From the NCBI RefSeq assembly GCF_018977255.1, contig NW_024704742.1, positions 22,446,001 through 22,510,000 on the forward strand: a stretch of 64,000 nucleotides of DNA, written 5' to 3'. Of this stretch, positions 26,315 through 39,167 are shown one piece after another. A program made the position numbers and the translations under genes. This DNA is from Callorhinchus milii (Eukaryota). Under the pieces are notes generated by a model. It worked only from the letters and a program-made list of their open reading frames with translations. It searched no databases and had not been told where the DNA came from. How positions within the stretch are numbered: the stretch's first letter is position 1; each line of letters begins with the position of its first letter.

Positions 26315-26612
26315 GTGGAGTCCTGTAGCTCAGTGGTTAGAGCACTCGCTTTGCAAGTGAGAGACCTGAGTTCAATTCCAGGCAGGTCAGGGTGAAACCT
26401 TGGGCCAGTTTCCTTACTCCACACAGAGCCTAATAATAATCCCTCCAAAACCAAAACCAATAATAAATTGGTCATTTTCAATCTACGATTGTTTGTGGGA
26501 CATTGCTGTGCAAATAAACAGTCAATTCACGTTATTCTGTGAAGCGCTTTGGGACGTCTAGAAGACGTGAAAAGCGCTATATCAAATGCAAGGATTATTA
26601 TTATATTATTAT
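26315..26612 (+). mobile_element. tRNA-Ala-like-headed SINE with an internal deletion
   Basis: Intact A/B boxes, CAGGT insertion, TAGAA-loop tail, (ATT)n. Confidence 0.92.
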
Positions 26613-28736
26613 CCCTTCTTCATATCCATGTAAACACGGTCTTACTGCTAAGACTATGAGAAAAATTAGACCCCAGAAACTTTAACCAATGCTTGAAAAT
26701 ATAAGTTCTTTTAATTGTCATATATGTCAAAAAACAGGCTCAATGGGCTGAATGGTCTCCTCTATTCCAATATCCCTAACCCAGAACATAACCCAGAAAG
26801 CAGGATTCATTATACTTGGAAGTGAAACCTTTTCCAGGTAGACTGACTGCGAAAATGTGCTTATTAGAAAAACAATGACATTAATTAATTTCACACAACC
26901 CTAAAAATAAAGTCCAGTCTCATGGAGGACTTTACTGAGTGATACCGACACATAGCTTATTAGTATTTTCGTTAAGGTCTTTTCATAGAATTTACCAGGT
27001 TTTTTATATATAATTACTCTGTCAGTATTTCAGAAAATTCCATCAAAAGTTGCAAAGTTTTCAAGTCACTTTAATGAAGCAGAAAAACTCTGATTAGTCA
27101 TCAATTCTGAGTGAAGTCTGTATTTTGCCATTAGCAAACGCAGATGTGCTGCCCTGAAAGGTTAAGCGTTCCCTGCCGTTCGTAGGTGAATGTTTGGTCA
27201 GTCCTCGTAACCAGAGCAAGAAATAAAACTAAGTAGTAGCTGAACCCTAATGCACAGTTTTCAGACGTTACTCACTGATGGCGGTCTGCAATGACTCCAA
27301 CTCATTGATCCTCCCCCCTCTCCATTAGATGCAGGCCCCCCCCAAGTGTACCACTCAATTCAGATTTATTACACTGCGGTTGTTGTAACTCTCTTTTTCC
27401 TCTTAGGAAAACATGAGGAATTGCAGTTCTTGTATTCTACTGAAGGCATGTGTAGGGTAAGAGCTGACACAGCTTCCAGTCCCACTAATAGACTCTGTAG
27501 ATTTTTGTGATATAAGAGCCTTGATTCAACAGCATACAACAGAGACCCAGTCACACCCTGTGAAACTCCAGAGAGGATGAGCTCATGTGAGAAACTATGT
27601 GGTTCTGTCCAAAGCTATTAATAAAATACTCTGACTTGTTCTAAGAGCAAGGACAAGTTTGGTAAGTCAAGTTTGTAAATCACTCCTTTCCGGATATCTC
27701 TCTGGTTCCCTCTTGAAAGCTTATACCCGCCATTCCATGACTTAACAACTCTCTGTTAAAAAAAAATCCTCCTTAACTTAAATTGATGTCCTCTATTCAC
27801 TGTCTTGCTGACTGCTCTGTTAAATCTGCCAGAAAGCTTATTAACACAAAAATAATTTTAATTATCTCCAGAACAGATATCATAATAATCGTTCCATTTG
27901 ATATGGTGCCTTTCACAATGAAAGGATGTCTCAAACTTTTCAGTCTCGTCGTACTCCTCCCTGTCATCCCATGATAATACAGAAAAAACTTGCACTTTTA
28001 TAGCATCTTATTAACTTCTAAGGCTGCAAAATATAATGATGTGACCAGCAGACATGTCAATCGGTCTTGTTCTGGGGTCAAGCATGTTGATGGGTTGCCA
28101 AGAGGTTCCGACCAAAACAAATGGCACACGCCACAAAAGTATCAGAGTTTACGGAAAATAGTGGACCGAGGATAGGCATTAGTACATCATGCTGTATAGT
28201 TGTAATTGTGAGGGGCAGATGTGAGGCATTTTGAATACCAAGCGAGAGGTTAGCCTAACTCTGCTGCAATGAGAAACAGATGGAATGTAAAGTCTCCAGT
28301 GATAGCCTTGGAGCCCATAGATATTCTCACCCACAAAATATACAGTCAATCCACTTTACAGTATATCCTGTGAAGCGCTTTGAGATGTCTCAACAATGTG
28401 ATAAGGCGCCATATCAAACTCAAGGATTATTAATATTATTACTATTTTACATCAGACAAAATCTTAGTTTATCACACTCCATTGGGGGCAAATTTAGGGG
28501 TAACTTTGATATTGGTCATTCACTTCATAGCTATTTGTGGGACGTTGCTGTACTCAAAGTGTCTGTTGCGTTCGCCTACAAAAATAGTCATTGTACTTTA
28601 CAATATATCCTGTGAAGCGCTTTGTGGCATCCTCCCAATATGAAAGGCGCTATATCCAATGTAACGATTATTATTATATTCATGGATTTCAATATATCCT
28701 GTTGTGCCATAATGGATCTACTAATATTATTAAATG

Positions 28737-29043
28737 ATAATAATAATCCTTGCATTTGATATAGCGCTTTTCACGTCTTCTCGACGTCTCAAAGTGCTTC
28801 ACAGAATAGACTGTAAAGTGAATTGACAGTATATATGTGGGCGAAATGCGGCAGCCAATTGTGCACAGCAGTGTACCACAAACAGTCGTGGATTGAAAAT
28901 GACCAATTTATTATTGTTTTGTTTTAGAGGGATTATTATTAGGCGTGTGGAGTAAGGAAACTTGCCCAAGGTTTCCCTGCCTGGAATTGAACTCAGGTGT
29001 CTCGCTTGCAAAGTGAGTGCTCTAACCACTGAGCTACAGGACT
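28737..29043 (-). mobile_element. tRNA-Ala-like-headed SINE, full length
   Basis: Reverse complement of the 32108-type element; GAGAA-loop tail. Confidence 0.92.
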
Positions 29044-30189
29044 AATACCCTTCTCAAAGCACAGCTTCTATGAAGCTGGACCTGTTGGTGGCAGATCTTG
29101 ACTGCCTGTTAGTGGAATTCAACTTGTCAACAAAACAAAAACCAAACCAGGAAATATACCACAAACCAGCGGTCGAGTTCAGTAGGCCCAACTTTACAAC
29201 TGTCACCATTATAATTGACGATGGGGGGGTAGGGTGGACCTCTGTAATATAAATGTGCTAAAAATAAAATCTAAAACTAACTTCAACCCGTCATTGGGAA
29301 TGTTTTGCTGTATGACAGGATCTTCCACCAAGTAATTGCAGACATAAGTTTGCAAGAATTGGGATCTGTTTGCAATTTCAGAGACCGCAAGGCTGAACGT
29401 CCTCTGTCTTACATTACAGGATATCAGAAATATGAGGAGCATAAGCCTTCGTATTCTCACATGAAATCGCTGGTATCATCTGCAGAGTGAGTTACTTATG
29501 TTGCATGTATGCGCATGCTAGTGAAGAAACACTTTACATAAGCTTATTGTGGAGCAAAGCCTAGGGTATGGAAAGGTTCAAAATCTGCAGGCAGATTCCT
29601 TATGAAAAGCAAGTGCATGTGCATTAAAAAAGAATGCTCCCCACTTTGTGGGTCAGATGTAAGCTCAACCTGTGCAGTTGATATTTGCAGAGCTCTAACA
29701 TAGTGAAATCCCCATACATTTGCAAATCATTACCTCCTGGATTTGCTAGTTTCAAAGGAGCTGGCGTGTGCCCAGGTAACCTTATTCCCAGTTGTTTTCT
29801 CTTCTGAGAGTTCAAGCTGAATGGAATTGGGCCAATTCTTCTGATCTTTCCAAGATTGCTCCTTTTTATGGCAATCAGTCAGAGGATCAGTAGGTTGTTT
29901 AAGGTTTATTTCATTAAGGCGCTTTGAGTGATGTGGAATATATCGTGAGAAACATGGGCTGTAAAAAAAAACTTGAATACGCAACTGGACAGCAGGGAAA
30001 ACAAACAAATTGTATGAGTCGATTCTAATTTAATGCTATGCATTCAGCTCAAGCATCAAATATGGTTGGTTGGTTTGCTTTATTTGGTACCATTTCTAAC
30101 CTCTGGGTTACAAACAAAAAAACACTTGTGTTTATTTAACACCCTTCATGAGGGGGGGTATCATCTCGGAGCTTGAACCACAGCAACAT

Positions 30190-30610
30190 GTTGGGGCTTG
30201 AGCTCATAGTCTAGGAATGACAATCGAGAGTTATACTGAGGAAGAACAGCTTTGTTGCAGGTGATGTTTCAGAGGAGATCTTAAACTGAGGTTCCACCTA
30301 ACTCTTCCTCAGGGGAATGCTAAAGAACCCATGACAGAGATGGGAGATTTCCTTCCCCCACTGTCCTGGCCAAGAATCCTCCAAGCCAGTGCCTCGGGAT
30401 GTCCTCTCGATGTGAAAGGTAAGCTATGTGAATGTAAGTTGTATTGTATTGTGCAAGTTGATCGTTCATCTAATGACTGTTCATGGGAACTTGCTGGTGC
30501 ACATAGCAGCCATGTTTTTCCCACAAACACAGTCACTACATTTTACAGTGATTTACTGCAAAGTATCATGCAAAGTATAAGGTGATATTAAAGAGGAAGT
30601 TCTTCTTTTT
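30190..30610 (+). mobile_element. Deu-domain SINE, degraded, containing an L2 tail piece
   Basis: GATCTTAAACTGAGG...AAAGAACCCATGACA...TGTCCTGGCCAAG; L2-like GCCTCGGGATGTCCTCTCGATGTGAAAGG inside. Confidence 0.55.
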
Positions 30611-30869
30611 CTAGAAAGCGCTTGAAACGATAATGACAAACAGTAATAAAAATCCTTGCATTTGATATAGTGAAAGTTTAGTGACTGTGTATTTGTAGGC
30701 AAGCAGACCTAGGATCTCAGGGACTGTATCGGATGCCAAGCAAGGCAGGAAGGTGACCACAGTCACAGTCAAAGGTAGGTTTTTAGGTGAGATTTGAAGA
30801 CTGATTAAGCGGGGACGTGACAAAAGGGAGAGAGAACCAATTTTATCAAAATGATTGTTGGCCAGACCA

Positions 30870-31070
30870 CCATGGCTTCTCTTTTCAAATAATGGCATGA
30901 GATCTTTAAAATTCCCCTGAAGAGGCAGATAGGATCATGGCTCAACATCTTACCAAAGGACAGAGCCTCTGGCAATGCAACATTTCCTCTGGACTGCAAC
31001 AGAGTGGCATCCTAGACTATGAGCTCAAACTCTTGATATGGACTTTGAACGCACGATTTTCTGACCAGGA
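30870..31070 (-). mobile_element. Deu-domain SINE fragment
   Basis: ATGAGATCTTTAAA...GCTCAACATCTTACCAAAGGACAG...CTAGACTATGAGCTCAA. Confidence 0.6.
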
Positions 31071-31699
31071 AGAAAAGTAATAGCTTTTAAAGTTGAAAAT
31101 ACAGCAGGTAGAAAAGTTAAAATAGGTAGAAAAGAGGCGAGACAAGGTAGAAAATAGTTAAAATTAACAAAATAGAGAAAATGGGGCTGAAGAGAAAACT
31201 GGAGGATATAAGTGTCAGTATCAAGAGCACAAGTAAATATTTTAAAATAGTCTAAGTTAAAATTAATGTCAGGGTAATAAAGCTGTTGGGATGTTTGAGG
31301 ATCTTTATTACTGTCATATTTAGCATCACAGAATTCAAGATGAAAATATGCAGAACCCGTCAGCCCACAAAGGCAGGACTCTGTTGAGGTGCCTGTGGTC
31401 TGAAGTATAAGGTAAGCAAACTCTTGGAATTTAAAGCACTGTGCAGACAGACTAGCAGGTAATCCACCAAATAAATTAACACAGTCTTAAATTTCTCGGC
31501 AGATTACTAATCCTGAAAGGGAATCAGGTAGTGGAAAGTCTTCTTTTTATGCTTTCTGTCTAGGTTTCCATGATAGTTCTAGAGCTTTTAGACTGATAAT
31601 CTCATCTCATCGCTCACAAAATAGCAAAGTTATACTATATCCCGTGAAGCGCTTTGAGATATTGCGACAAAATGACACAGCGCTGTTTCAAATTCAAGG

Positions 31700-31807
<108 letters not shown>

Positions 31808-32107
31808 CTCTGTTAGTTGCAGGACAATGGATCTACTGCCTTTACTATGACTGATCATCATGTGTTTATTTTCCTATCTATCAACCATCATGCCTCACCC
31901 CTATCTGGAATTTCACTGTTCCCACTTTCTGAGTGTTGAGCAGACTTTATCTGGCGAGGTAGCGAAGCTAATTGCTGCCTTCTGCTGGTAGAAGGCAGCA
32001 ATTTTCACTGCTCTTTTCATTCATTTCAATGATTTCTTTCACAACATTAGTTCAACAGAAAATGTTAGCATTGTTTGCCTTTGATACTTTGCAATAATGT
32101 AGCTACA

Positions 32108-32433
32108 GTGGAGTCCTGTAGCTCAGTGGTTAGAGCACTCGCTTTGCAAGTGAGAGACCTGAGTTCAATTCCAGGCAGGGCGAAACCTTGGGCAAGTTTC
32201 CTTACTCCACACGCCTAATAATAATCCCTCCAAAAAACCAAAAAACAATAATTAAATTGGTCATTTTCAATCTACGACTGTTTGTGGGATATTGCTGTGC
32301 GCAATTGGCTGCCGCGTTCGCCCACAAATATACAGTCAATTCACTTTACAGTGTGTTCTGTGAAGCGCTTTGGGACGTCCTCCTGACGTGAAAAGCGCTA
32401 TATCAAATGCAAGGATTATTATTATTATTATTA
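32108..32433 (+). mobile_element. tRNA-Ala(TGC)-like-headed SINE, full length, young
   Basis: TAGCTCAGTGG A box, CTCGC-TTTGCAA-GTGAG anticodon arm, GTTCAATTCC B box, L2-type stem-loop tail, (ATT)n. Confidence 0.95.
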
Positions 32434-33224
32434 TAATAATCCAAACATTCGTTCCAGCAAAAATACATATTTTCAGAACTTCTGTCCAGAGTCGTGCGAG
32501 GGCAACTCCTTACTGTATGACTGGAAAACATATTCAGTCTGTCTCAGCCCAGTTTCCAGTGGGTAGAAGTTTACAGCCTAGAACTGTTTCTTGTGTTCTG
32601 CCTTAAATAAAAAGGAGTTCCCAACAGCATAGTTTGTATATCACTAAATAAACATCGGAGGAATTCATGTGATGTGCAGGGCTATAATCTACGTAGCAGC
32701 AGAACGGGTCAGCCACAACCACTGACTTTCAAAGCAATGAATAACAACATATCGCGTTCAAAAAGATAATGGGGTCATTTTTGCAGTCCATCTGACGTTT
32801 TATCAAATATGTTGGAGGCAGGCCATCCCACTCCCCTTCCAATGCCATTCCCAGTGGTGGCATCCTGAAACCAGGCCCTGGGCCTGCTCATGGATTGTGA
32901 CAATTGAATAAGAGTTGGTGTGATACCGTTCTTATTAACTCAACAAAAAACACTGACCAGGAGTTAACACTGCAATTTACCAGTGGGATCACATGACATT
33001 ATTAAGGAATGCTGTTGAGGAACACTAAATGATCTGACTTTAGGATGTAACCATTGAGGACTGTGTCGGGGAGAGATACATCTCTAATGTGCTGAATGTC
33101 AACTGACACTGGTGAGTCTAATTCAATATTTCTTAACCGAATTCCTTAATAATTGTCACTGGATCTTTAACATCCATCTCAAAGAGTACATGAAACTCAG
33201 TTTAACATCTTACTTGTTTCGGCC

Positions 33225-33750
33225 TGGTTCAACAGTAGCTGAGTCAGAAGGTTGTGGGTTCAAGCCCCACATTTGGGATCTGAAGTCACAGTCTAGACTA
33301 ACTACCCAATGACATTCAGGGAGTGTGCTGTGTACTCGAAGGTGTCATCCTTTGAATGAAATGTTAAACCTAGCTAATAATAATAATAATATTCCTTGCA
33401 TTTGATATAGCGCTTTTCACGTCTTCTCGACGTCTCAAAGTGCTTCACAGAATAGACTGTAAAAGTGAATTGACCATATATTTGTGGGCGAAAGGTATTG
33501 ACTATTCAGGTGGACTTTAAAGATCCCAAGGCCCTATTTGAGAATGAAAGGTGTTTCTCCATGGCCTGGACAACAATCCCTCAGATAGAATTAGTTATTC
33601 ACTTCATGACTGTTCTTGCCTGTGTGCAAATTGACTGCTGTGGTCATCTACATATACATAGTCACTACACCTTACAGTAAATCCTGTAAAATGCTTTGAG
33701 ACCTCCCAATGATGTGATCAGGCACTATATCAAATGTAAGGATAATAATT
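33225..33750 (+). mobile_element. Deu-domain SINE interrupted by an antisense SINE tail (33375-33492)
   Basis: Deu core breaks after ATGTTAAACC and resumes at TTCAGGTGGACTTTAAAGATCCC. Confidence 0.8.
33375..33492 (-). mobile_element. 5'-truncated young SINE tail, nested
   Basis: Nearly identical to 28740-28845. Confidence 0.85.
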
Positions 33751-33799
33751 GTAAGGACAGCACTTCCAATAATGCAGTACTCCCCAAGAATGTCAACAA

Positions 33800-34095
33800 T
33801 CATTTTGAAGTGTTTCATAGGATTTACTGTAAAGTGCAGTAACTTAGTATTTTATAGACAAAATGCAGCAACCAATTTGCCCACAGCCATGACTCACAAA
33901 AGGCTATTAAGTGAATGACCAATTTTATCTTGGGGTTTGTAGGCCAGGACACTGGGAGAAACTCCCTTTCAACTGGACTAGTTACGAGTCTAGCTACATC
34001 GCCTATATCATGAGCTCAAGCCGCAATGTGTGGCTTGAACTTACAACCTTATCTTCCAGAGATGAGAGTATTACTAACCAAACCAAGCTGCCACA
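33800..34095 (-). mobile_element. Deu-domain SINE, internally deleted
   Basis: GAATGACCAATT...GGCCAGGACACTGGGAGAAACTCCC...GGCTTGAACTTACAACCTT. Confidence 0.65.
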
Positions 34096-35247
34096 GGGTT
34101 AGATGGATGGGACTGGACCTGACAGAACAGGTACAACAAATCTTTAACCTTTTGTACCAGCAATAGTGAGGTTAAAGATTGTGAAATGTCCATCAGAATG
34201 AATTTGTAAAGTAAACATTACAACAAAACCCCCATCCCTGAAATTTGGGTGTAATCGCTGACTTTCCTTTTCAAGGTTTGAAATGCAGATACAATTACAA
34301 TTGTAGAATGAGTAAGTGAGTGCAATCATTTTGTACCCAGCAATCTGGAGCAAGGGCAAACTAACTAGTGTTTGTTGTTTTAAGAGCCACAGATCTGTAA
34401 GTCTGATTTCGGGAAGGGTAGATTAGATCTGAAAAACATGTAATACATTTTAAGTGTTTGTTTATGGTCACAAAGGGGCGAAGCAGACTGGTTTGATTTT
34501 TGTTTGTTTTAATGAGATACTCTGTAGAAGCCGCTCTCCAAGCTTCTGCTGCCAATTTCAAAATTCTTGAGTGGGGGGGAGACCTTGCTACCTAAAGACC
34601 GCTCCTTTGGACACATTTCCATGTTAGTGTTGCAAAGATTTGGAAAACCTTTCAGGGACAATTAAGTTATTGCATGCAAACAAATGACCTGAGCAGACCG
34701 CATCTTATGAACTTGAGCTATGACCTTTCCTTATAGTGAGGCATTTAACGGGGTATAACAATGTGATACAGCACTTATTACATTACTCCATCGTCTTACA
34801 CTACATCCCCATCTCAATTCAACTAGCATAAGTATTATAGCTTGACACAGGCTTCAGTCAATCAACTCAAAGAGATTAAATAATACAAAGCTATGAATAA
34901 ATAACACATTAACACAAATACAAATAACTAACAGAATTAAAATGAGTTTTAGGAAGAATTTTATGAAAAGTCAAAAACCTGGTGATATTAGTAATAATAA
35001 TAATAATAATCCTCGCATTTGATAAAGCGCCTTATTACTTCATTGAGACGCTTCAAAGTATATGCTGTAAAGTGGATTAACTGTGTATTTTATGGGCAAA
35101 ACCTGATGAAATGAAGTTATTGAAGCCACTGGCCTCAGCAGACTCCAGGAGCAAACACGGACTGTCCAAACAAATGTTACCAAAGTAAGTTTCCTGAGCG
35201 CAGTGAGTTTGGGCAGAGACTCAAAGTCTTCAAGGTCTGGCCTCACA

Positions 35248-35388
35248 ACATAAACATAAGAACATAAGAATTAGGAACAGGAGTAGGCCATTCGGCCCTT
35301 CTAGCCTGCCTTGCCATTCAATAAGATCATGGCTGACCTATTCTATCTCCATCTACCCACTTTATCCCCATATCCCTTAATCCCTTAA
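35248..35388 (-). mobile_element. CR1 LINE 3' end
   Basis: ACATAAGAACATAAGAA octamer tail followed by GGAGTAGGCCATTCGGCCC. Confidence 0.8.
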
Positions 35389-35835
35389 AGCCGAGGTTTT
35401 AACATACTGCATTCAGGTCAATAGCATCCACCTGAAAAGGTTTCTTGCTTCTTCAAGGGTATGGCTTTCTTTGTGAAAAGGTATGGCTTTCTTTGTGGCT
35501 GTTACAAGCTATTTCCCCTCCCCTCTCTCTTAGTCCATCATGAGAACATTGCATGTCACAGCAACCAGGACCACACACTTTAGTCCTGCTGAGCCTGGCC
35601 AGAGCACTGTACAACCCCAGCACAAATTCTGGAGATCTCAACTCAAATGATTTGGCAACATCTCGTTTGCCTTGTTTACTGCTGCCTCAGAGTGTTCAGA
35701 TATGGTGAGCAATGAATTAACTAATAACTCCAGGTTTTGTCGCCTTTGGAAGTTCTGTTCTATCCACAAAGTACTTGTGTCTCCTAGTTTCACTTCCTAT
35801 ATGAGGTATCTAGCTTTCTCCGATCTTCATTTTAT

Positions 35836-36222
35836 AAGGTTGTGGGTTCAAACTCTAGGCCAGGATTTTGAACTCGCACAGGTTGACAATCCTCACAGTG
35901 CTGGGGAAGCTCTGCAGTATTGGAGGTGTCATCCTTTGGAAGACATTAAACTGAAGGCCCAACTGACTGTTGAGGTAGATGTTAAACATCCCAAGTCACT
36001 ATTCGAAAGGAGAAGCGAGTTTCTCCAGTCCCCTGGCCAATAATACCCCAATAAAATTGGTCACTCACTCCATGGCTCTTTGCAGGACATTGTGGTACAC
36101 CAATTGGCTATGGCATTTGCCTTCAAAGATATATTCACTGTACATTACAGTAAACTTCTGTGAAGCATTTTGAGATGTCTTAGTGGCGTGATAAGGTGCT
36201 ATATCAAATGCAACAATGATTA
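35836..36222 (+). mobile_element. Deu-domain SINE
   Basis: AAGGTTGTGGGTTCAA B box, Deu core and shared tail. Confidence 0.75.
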
Positions 36223-37359
36223 TATGGCATCCTTCTTGTAAGAGGTTGGTTAGACATGAATATACCACTTTGGAGGCTTGTTGATTGTCACTTACTGATT
36301 TTTTCTCACAGCTAATCTTCCATTTCAATTCTAATTAATTCCACTAGCTTTCCAATTGCAGTTTTGAGGACAGGCTAATGGGTATGTAACTACTAGTTAT
36401 GTTATGGCAGCAGCACATCTATTTTTGCCAGTTATTCCTTTGTTCTAATGTAACAAGAAAAATCTGCTAGTTTGGTGAAAACAAATTAAACATAGAGTTC
36501 AGAATCTTGTTACTTTTCTTACACAAAACTTGTGCAGCCTGTGCTAGACATTCTTATTAGTACAGTACATGGTGATAAACTTATTGTGATTTACGTACAG
36601 ACTTTCCAGACATTACTGTGTTCCCTGAAATCCTGTCTCATCATCACTGAATTGCTTTGCTCCAATTGTACATGTTGTGCAGAGCATCAACATCAGCTAA
36701 CAGTGCAAAATCAGTTCACATCACGATTCAACAAGCCATAATTCAAATAGCTGAAGGTTCTGTTTTTCATAGTAGGATTCAGTGCCAGTGCAACCGGGGT
36801 TAAATTGTAATTGATAGCCAGGTCAGTGCCAATGAATTAACAAGGAACAGTGTGAATATCAAAGGGAAGCAGATAGCATCGAACCATGTTTTATTGCCAT
36901 AAAACTCTGAAAGGTTCTGCCCCTTTGTTTTTTTCTGAAGTGTAAATTGTGTTTCAATGTCTCCAACGAGTAAGCGTTGTATCTGTAGTTTTACTGTACC
37001 TGCCAGCGGCACTGCCATCTTCAACCCCGACTGTCATTCAGACATGACTACAAGCCCCATGGGCACTTGCTTTTGAACAGAGTGCAGTGTGTTCATTCAA
37101 CAGAGTGCGGTGTGTTTGCAGCAAATCCTTCATCTTGGTGAGAAAAAATATTTAATGGGAAAACCCGTCACACTGAGATTTCTGTCAGTCAGTGCTGACT
37201 GGTACTATAACTGGCCATGAGGAAATTCTCAGCAGGAAAAGGGTTGTATTACACTGGAGATACATGGCACAACATGTTATACAAAGGACAGGCTTTCTAA
37301 TTCTGGAGTTGTGTTGCATTATATTGGTATAACAATAACCCTTCCATCTGATACAGGAA

Positions 37360-37675
37360 ATGTCTTGATGTGTTTCACACTAATTACTGTTAAGTGCAGT
37401 GACTGTGTATTTGTACATGACAGCTATTTTTTGCAGAAAGTGGTGTCCCACAAAAGGCCAGGAAATGAATGCTCAATTCAGCTACAATGTTCAGAACACT
37501 GGGAGAAACTCGTTTCTTTTTCGAATGCTCCCATAGGATTTTTAAATCTATCTGCACAGGCAGAGTAGATCTCCGTTTAACGTTTCATCCGAAGCATGGG
37601 TATCACCAACAATGAAGCACTTCACCATTTCGCAGACACTGAGTCCTTCTCCAGCATTGGAGTGTTAGCCTAGAC
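37360..37675 (-). mobile_element. Deu-domain SINE, degraded
   Basis: TTTAACGTTTCATCCGAAG...TGGAGTGTTAGCCTAGA, reverse complement of the core and head. Confidence 0.6.
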
Positions 37676-37735
37676 CAGAGGTTCCCCAGACTGGAGTCCA
37701 CGGACTTGAGAGGTGAGCTCATCAGGGCATCCCCT

Positions 37736-38053
37736 GTCAGCCTGGCGCAGTGGTAGCCCTCTCGCCTCTGAGTCAGAAGGTTGTGAGTTCAAGCCCCACA
37801 TCGGGGCTTGGAATCATATTGTCTAAGATGACACTCCAATGCAGTGCTGGGGGAGTTTTAATTTGTCAAAAGTCCTATCCTTCGGATGAGATGTTAAACC
37901 AAGTCTGCCTGTACAGGTGGATTTTAAAGGCCGACAATCCCTCAAATTTCACCCACAAAATTTACAGTCAATCAACTTTACAGTATACCCTGTGAAGCGC
38001 TTTGAGATGTCTCTTGAGGTGATAAGACACTATATCAGATGCAAAGATTATTA
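37736..38053 (+). mobile_element. Deu-domain SINE, internally deleted
   Basis: TGGCGCAGTGGTAG A box, GAGTTCAAGCCC B box, CTTCGGATGAGATGTTAAACC core, tail. Confidence 0.8.
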
Positions 38054-38209
38054 ACCTCACCTCTGTTTGACCAGTTCCAATGGCTGCCTATAGGAAAGAA
38101 AGGAAAATTTTAATAAGATGCTGCAAACACAGCCAATATTTAGCAGATGAGTTGAACCTTTTTCTTTTTGGATAGACTATGAGGTCAAAGTCCTCAACCT
38201 GGGACTGGA

Positions 38210-38764
38210 ACAATACAATATAAAATTACATTTGTAAAGCGCCTTTCACATTCGGGAGGACATCCCAAGGTGCTGAACAGTCAGGGATCAGTCCCTAGTG
38301 AGGGGGGAGGGGGTTTGGGATCAGGGTGAATGGAGGGCAGAGAGGGTGGCCAAAGGCTCGTTGAAGAGGAGGGTTTCGAGTTGAGCCTTGAAGGAGGCAA
38401 GGGAGGGAGCGAGGTGAAGATAGTGTGAGATAGAGTTCCAGAAGGTGTGTGCAGAGAGGCTGAAGGCCCAACCACCGATGGAGGGACAGGCTGAGCGGGG
38501 GACGTGGAGTAGGACGGAGTCTGCTGACCGGAGGGAGCGGACAAGTTGATAAGGGTTCAGCAGGTCGGAAATGTGTGGGGCAGAGGGGGGAGGAAGACAA
38601 GGCCATGGAGGGCCTTGAAGGTGAGGTCGAGAATTTTGAATTCGATCCTTTGAGGGATGGGGAGCCAGTGGAGCCGGGCGAGGGTGAATGTGATGGAGTC
38701 ACGGAGACTGGTACGGGAGAGGACACGAGCTGCAGAGTTCTGGATGATCTGCAGCTTGTGGAGG
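38210..38764 (-). mobile_element. L2 LINE 3' fragment
   Basis: Minus strand encodes HKLQIIQNSAARVLSRT...LHWLP...RIEFKIL-type ORF2 C-terminus and stem-loop tail. Confidence 0.88.
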
Positions 38765-39167
38765 GAACACTACCTTCTGACCCCGAAGCGAGACAGCTAT
38801 CAACTTAACCAGGCTGACAACCAAACATACAAAATCTTGTATTCTAATTACTGTATACTAGAGGTACTCATTACAGCTACACTTGCAACCATGTTGCAAA
38901 CTGCTATACATGTATGCTGAGCTTGTTTAGGTGATAGCTCATCAACGATTGGAGATTCCCCCCAAAGGATATGCCCATGATACTCTCCCTTGCAAGACTT
39001 TTGTGATGAGGTATAAACCATGTCTCTATGTCAATCGGTTATTGTGTTATTGGTGGACAGAAACACAGACAGACACACATTTTGTCTTTATTAGTGTAGA
39101 AGATGACAAAAACACATCAACTATCTATCAATGAAGACAGAAGGCTTCATGGAATCGCTTTCTCAGT

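Noticed and set aside
32110..32181. tRNA-Ala(TGC) gene (also at 26315, 59333, 20704 rc, 29043 rc)
   Set aside because: The T-stem is imperfect and each copy runs directly into a SINE body and ATT tail, so these are SINE heads
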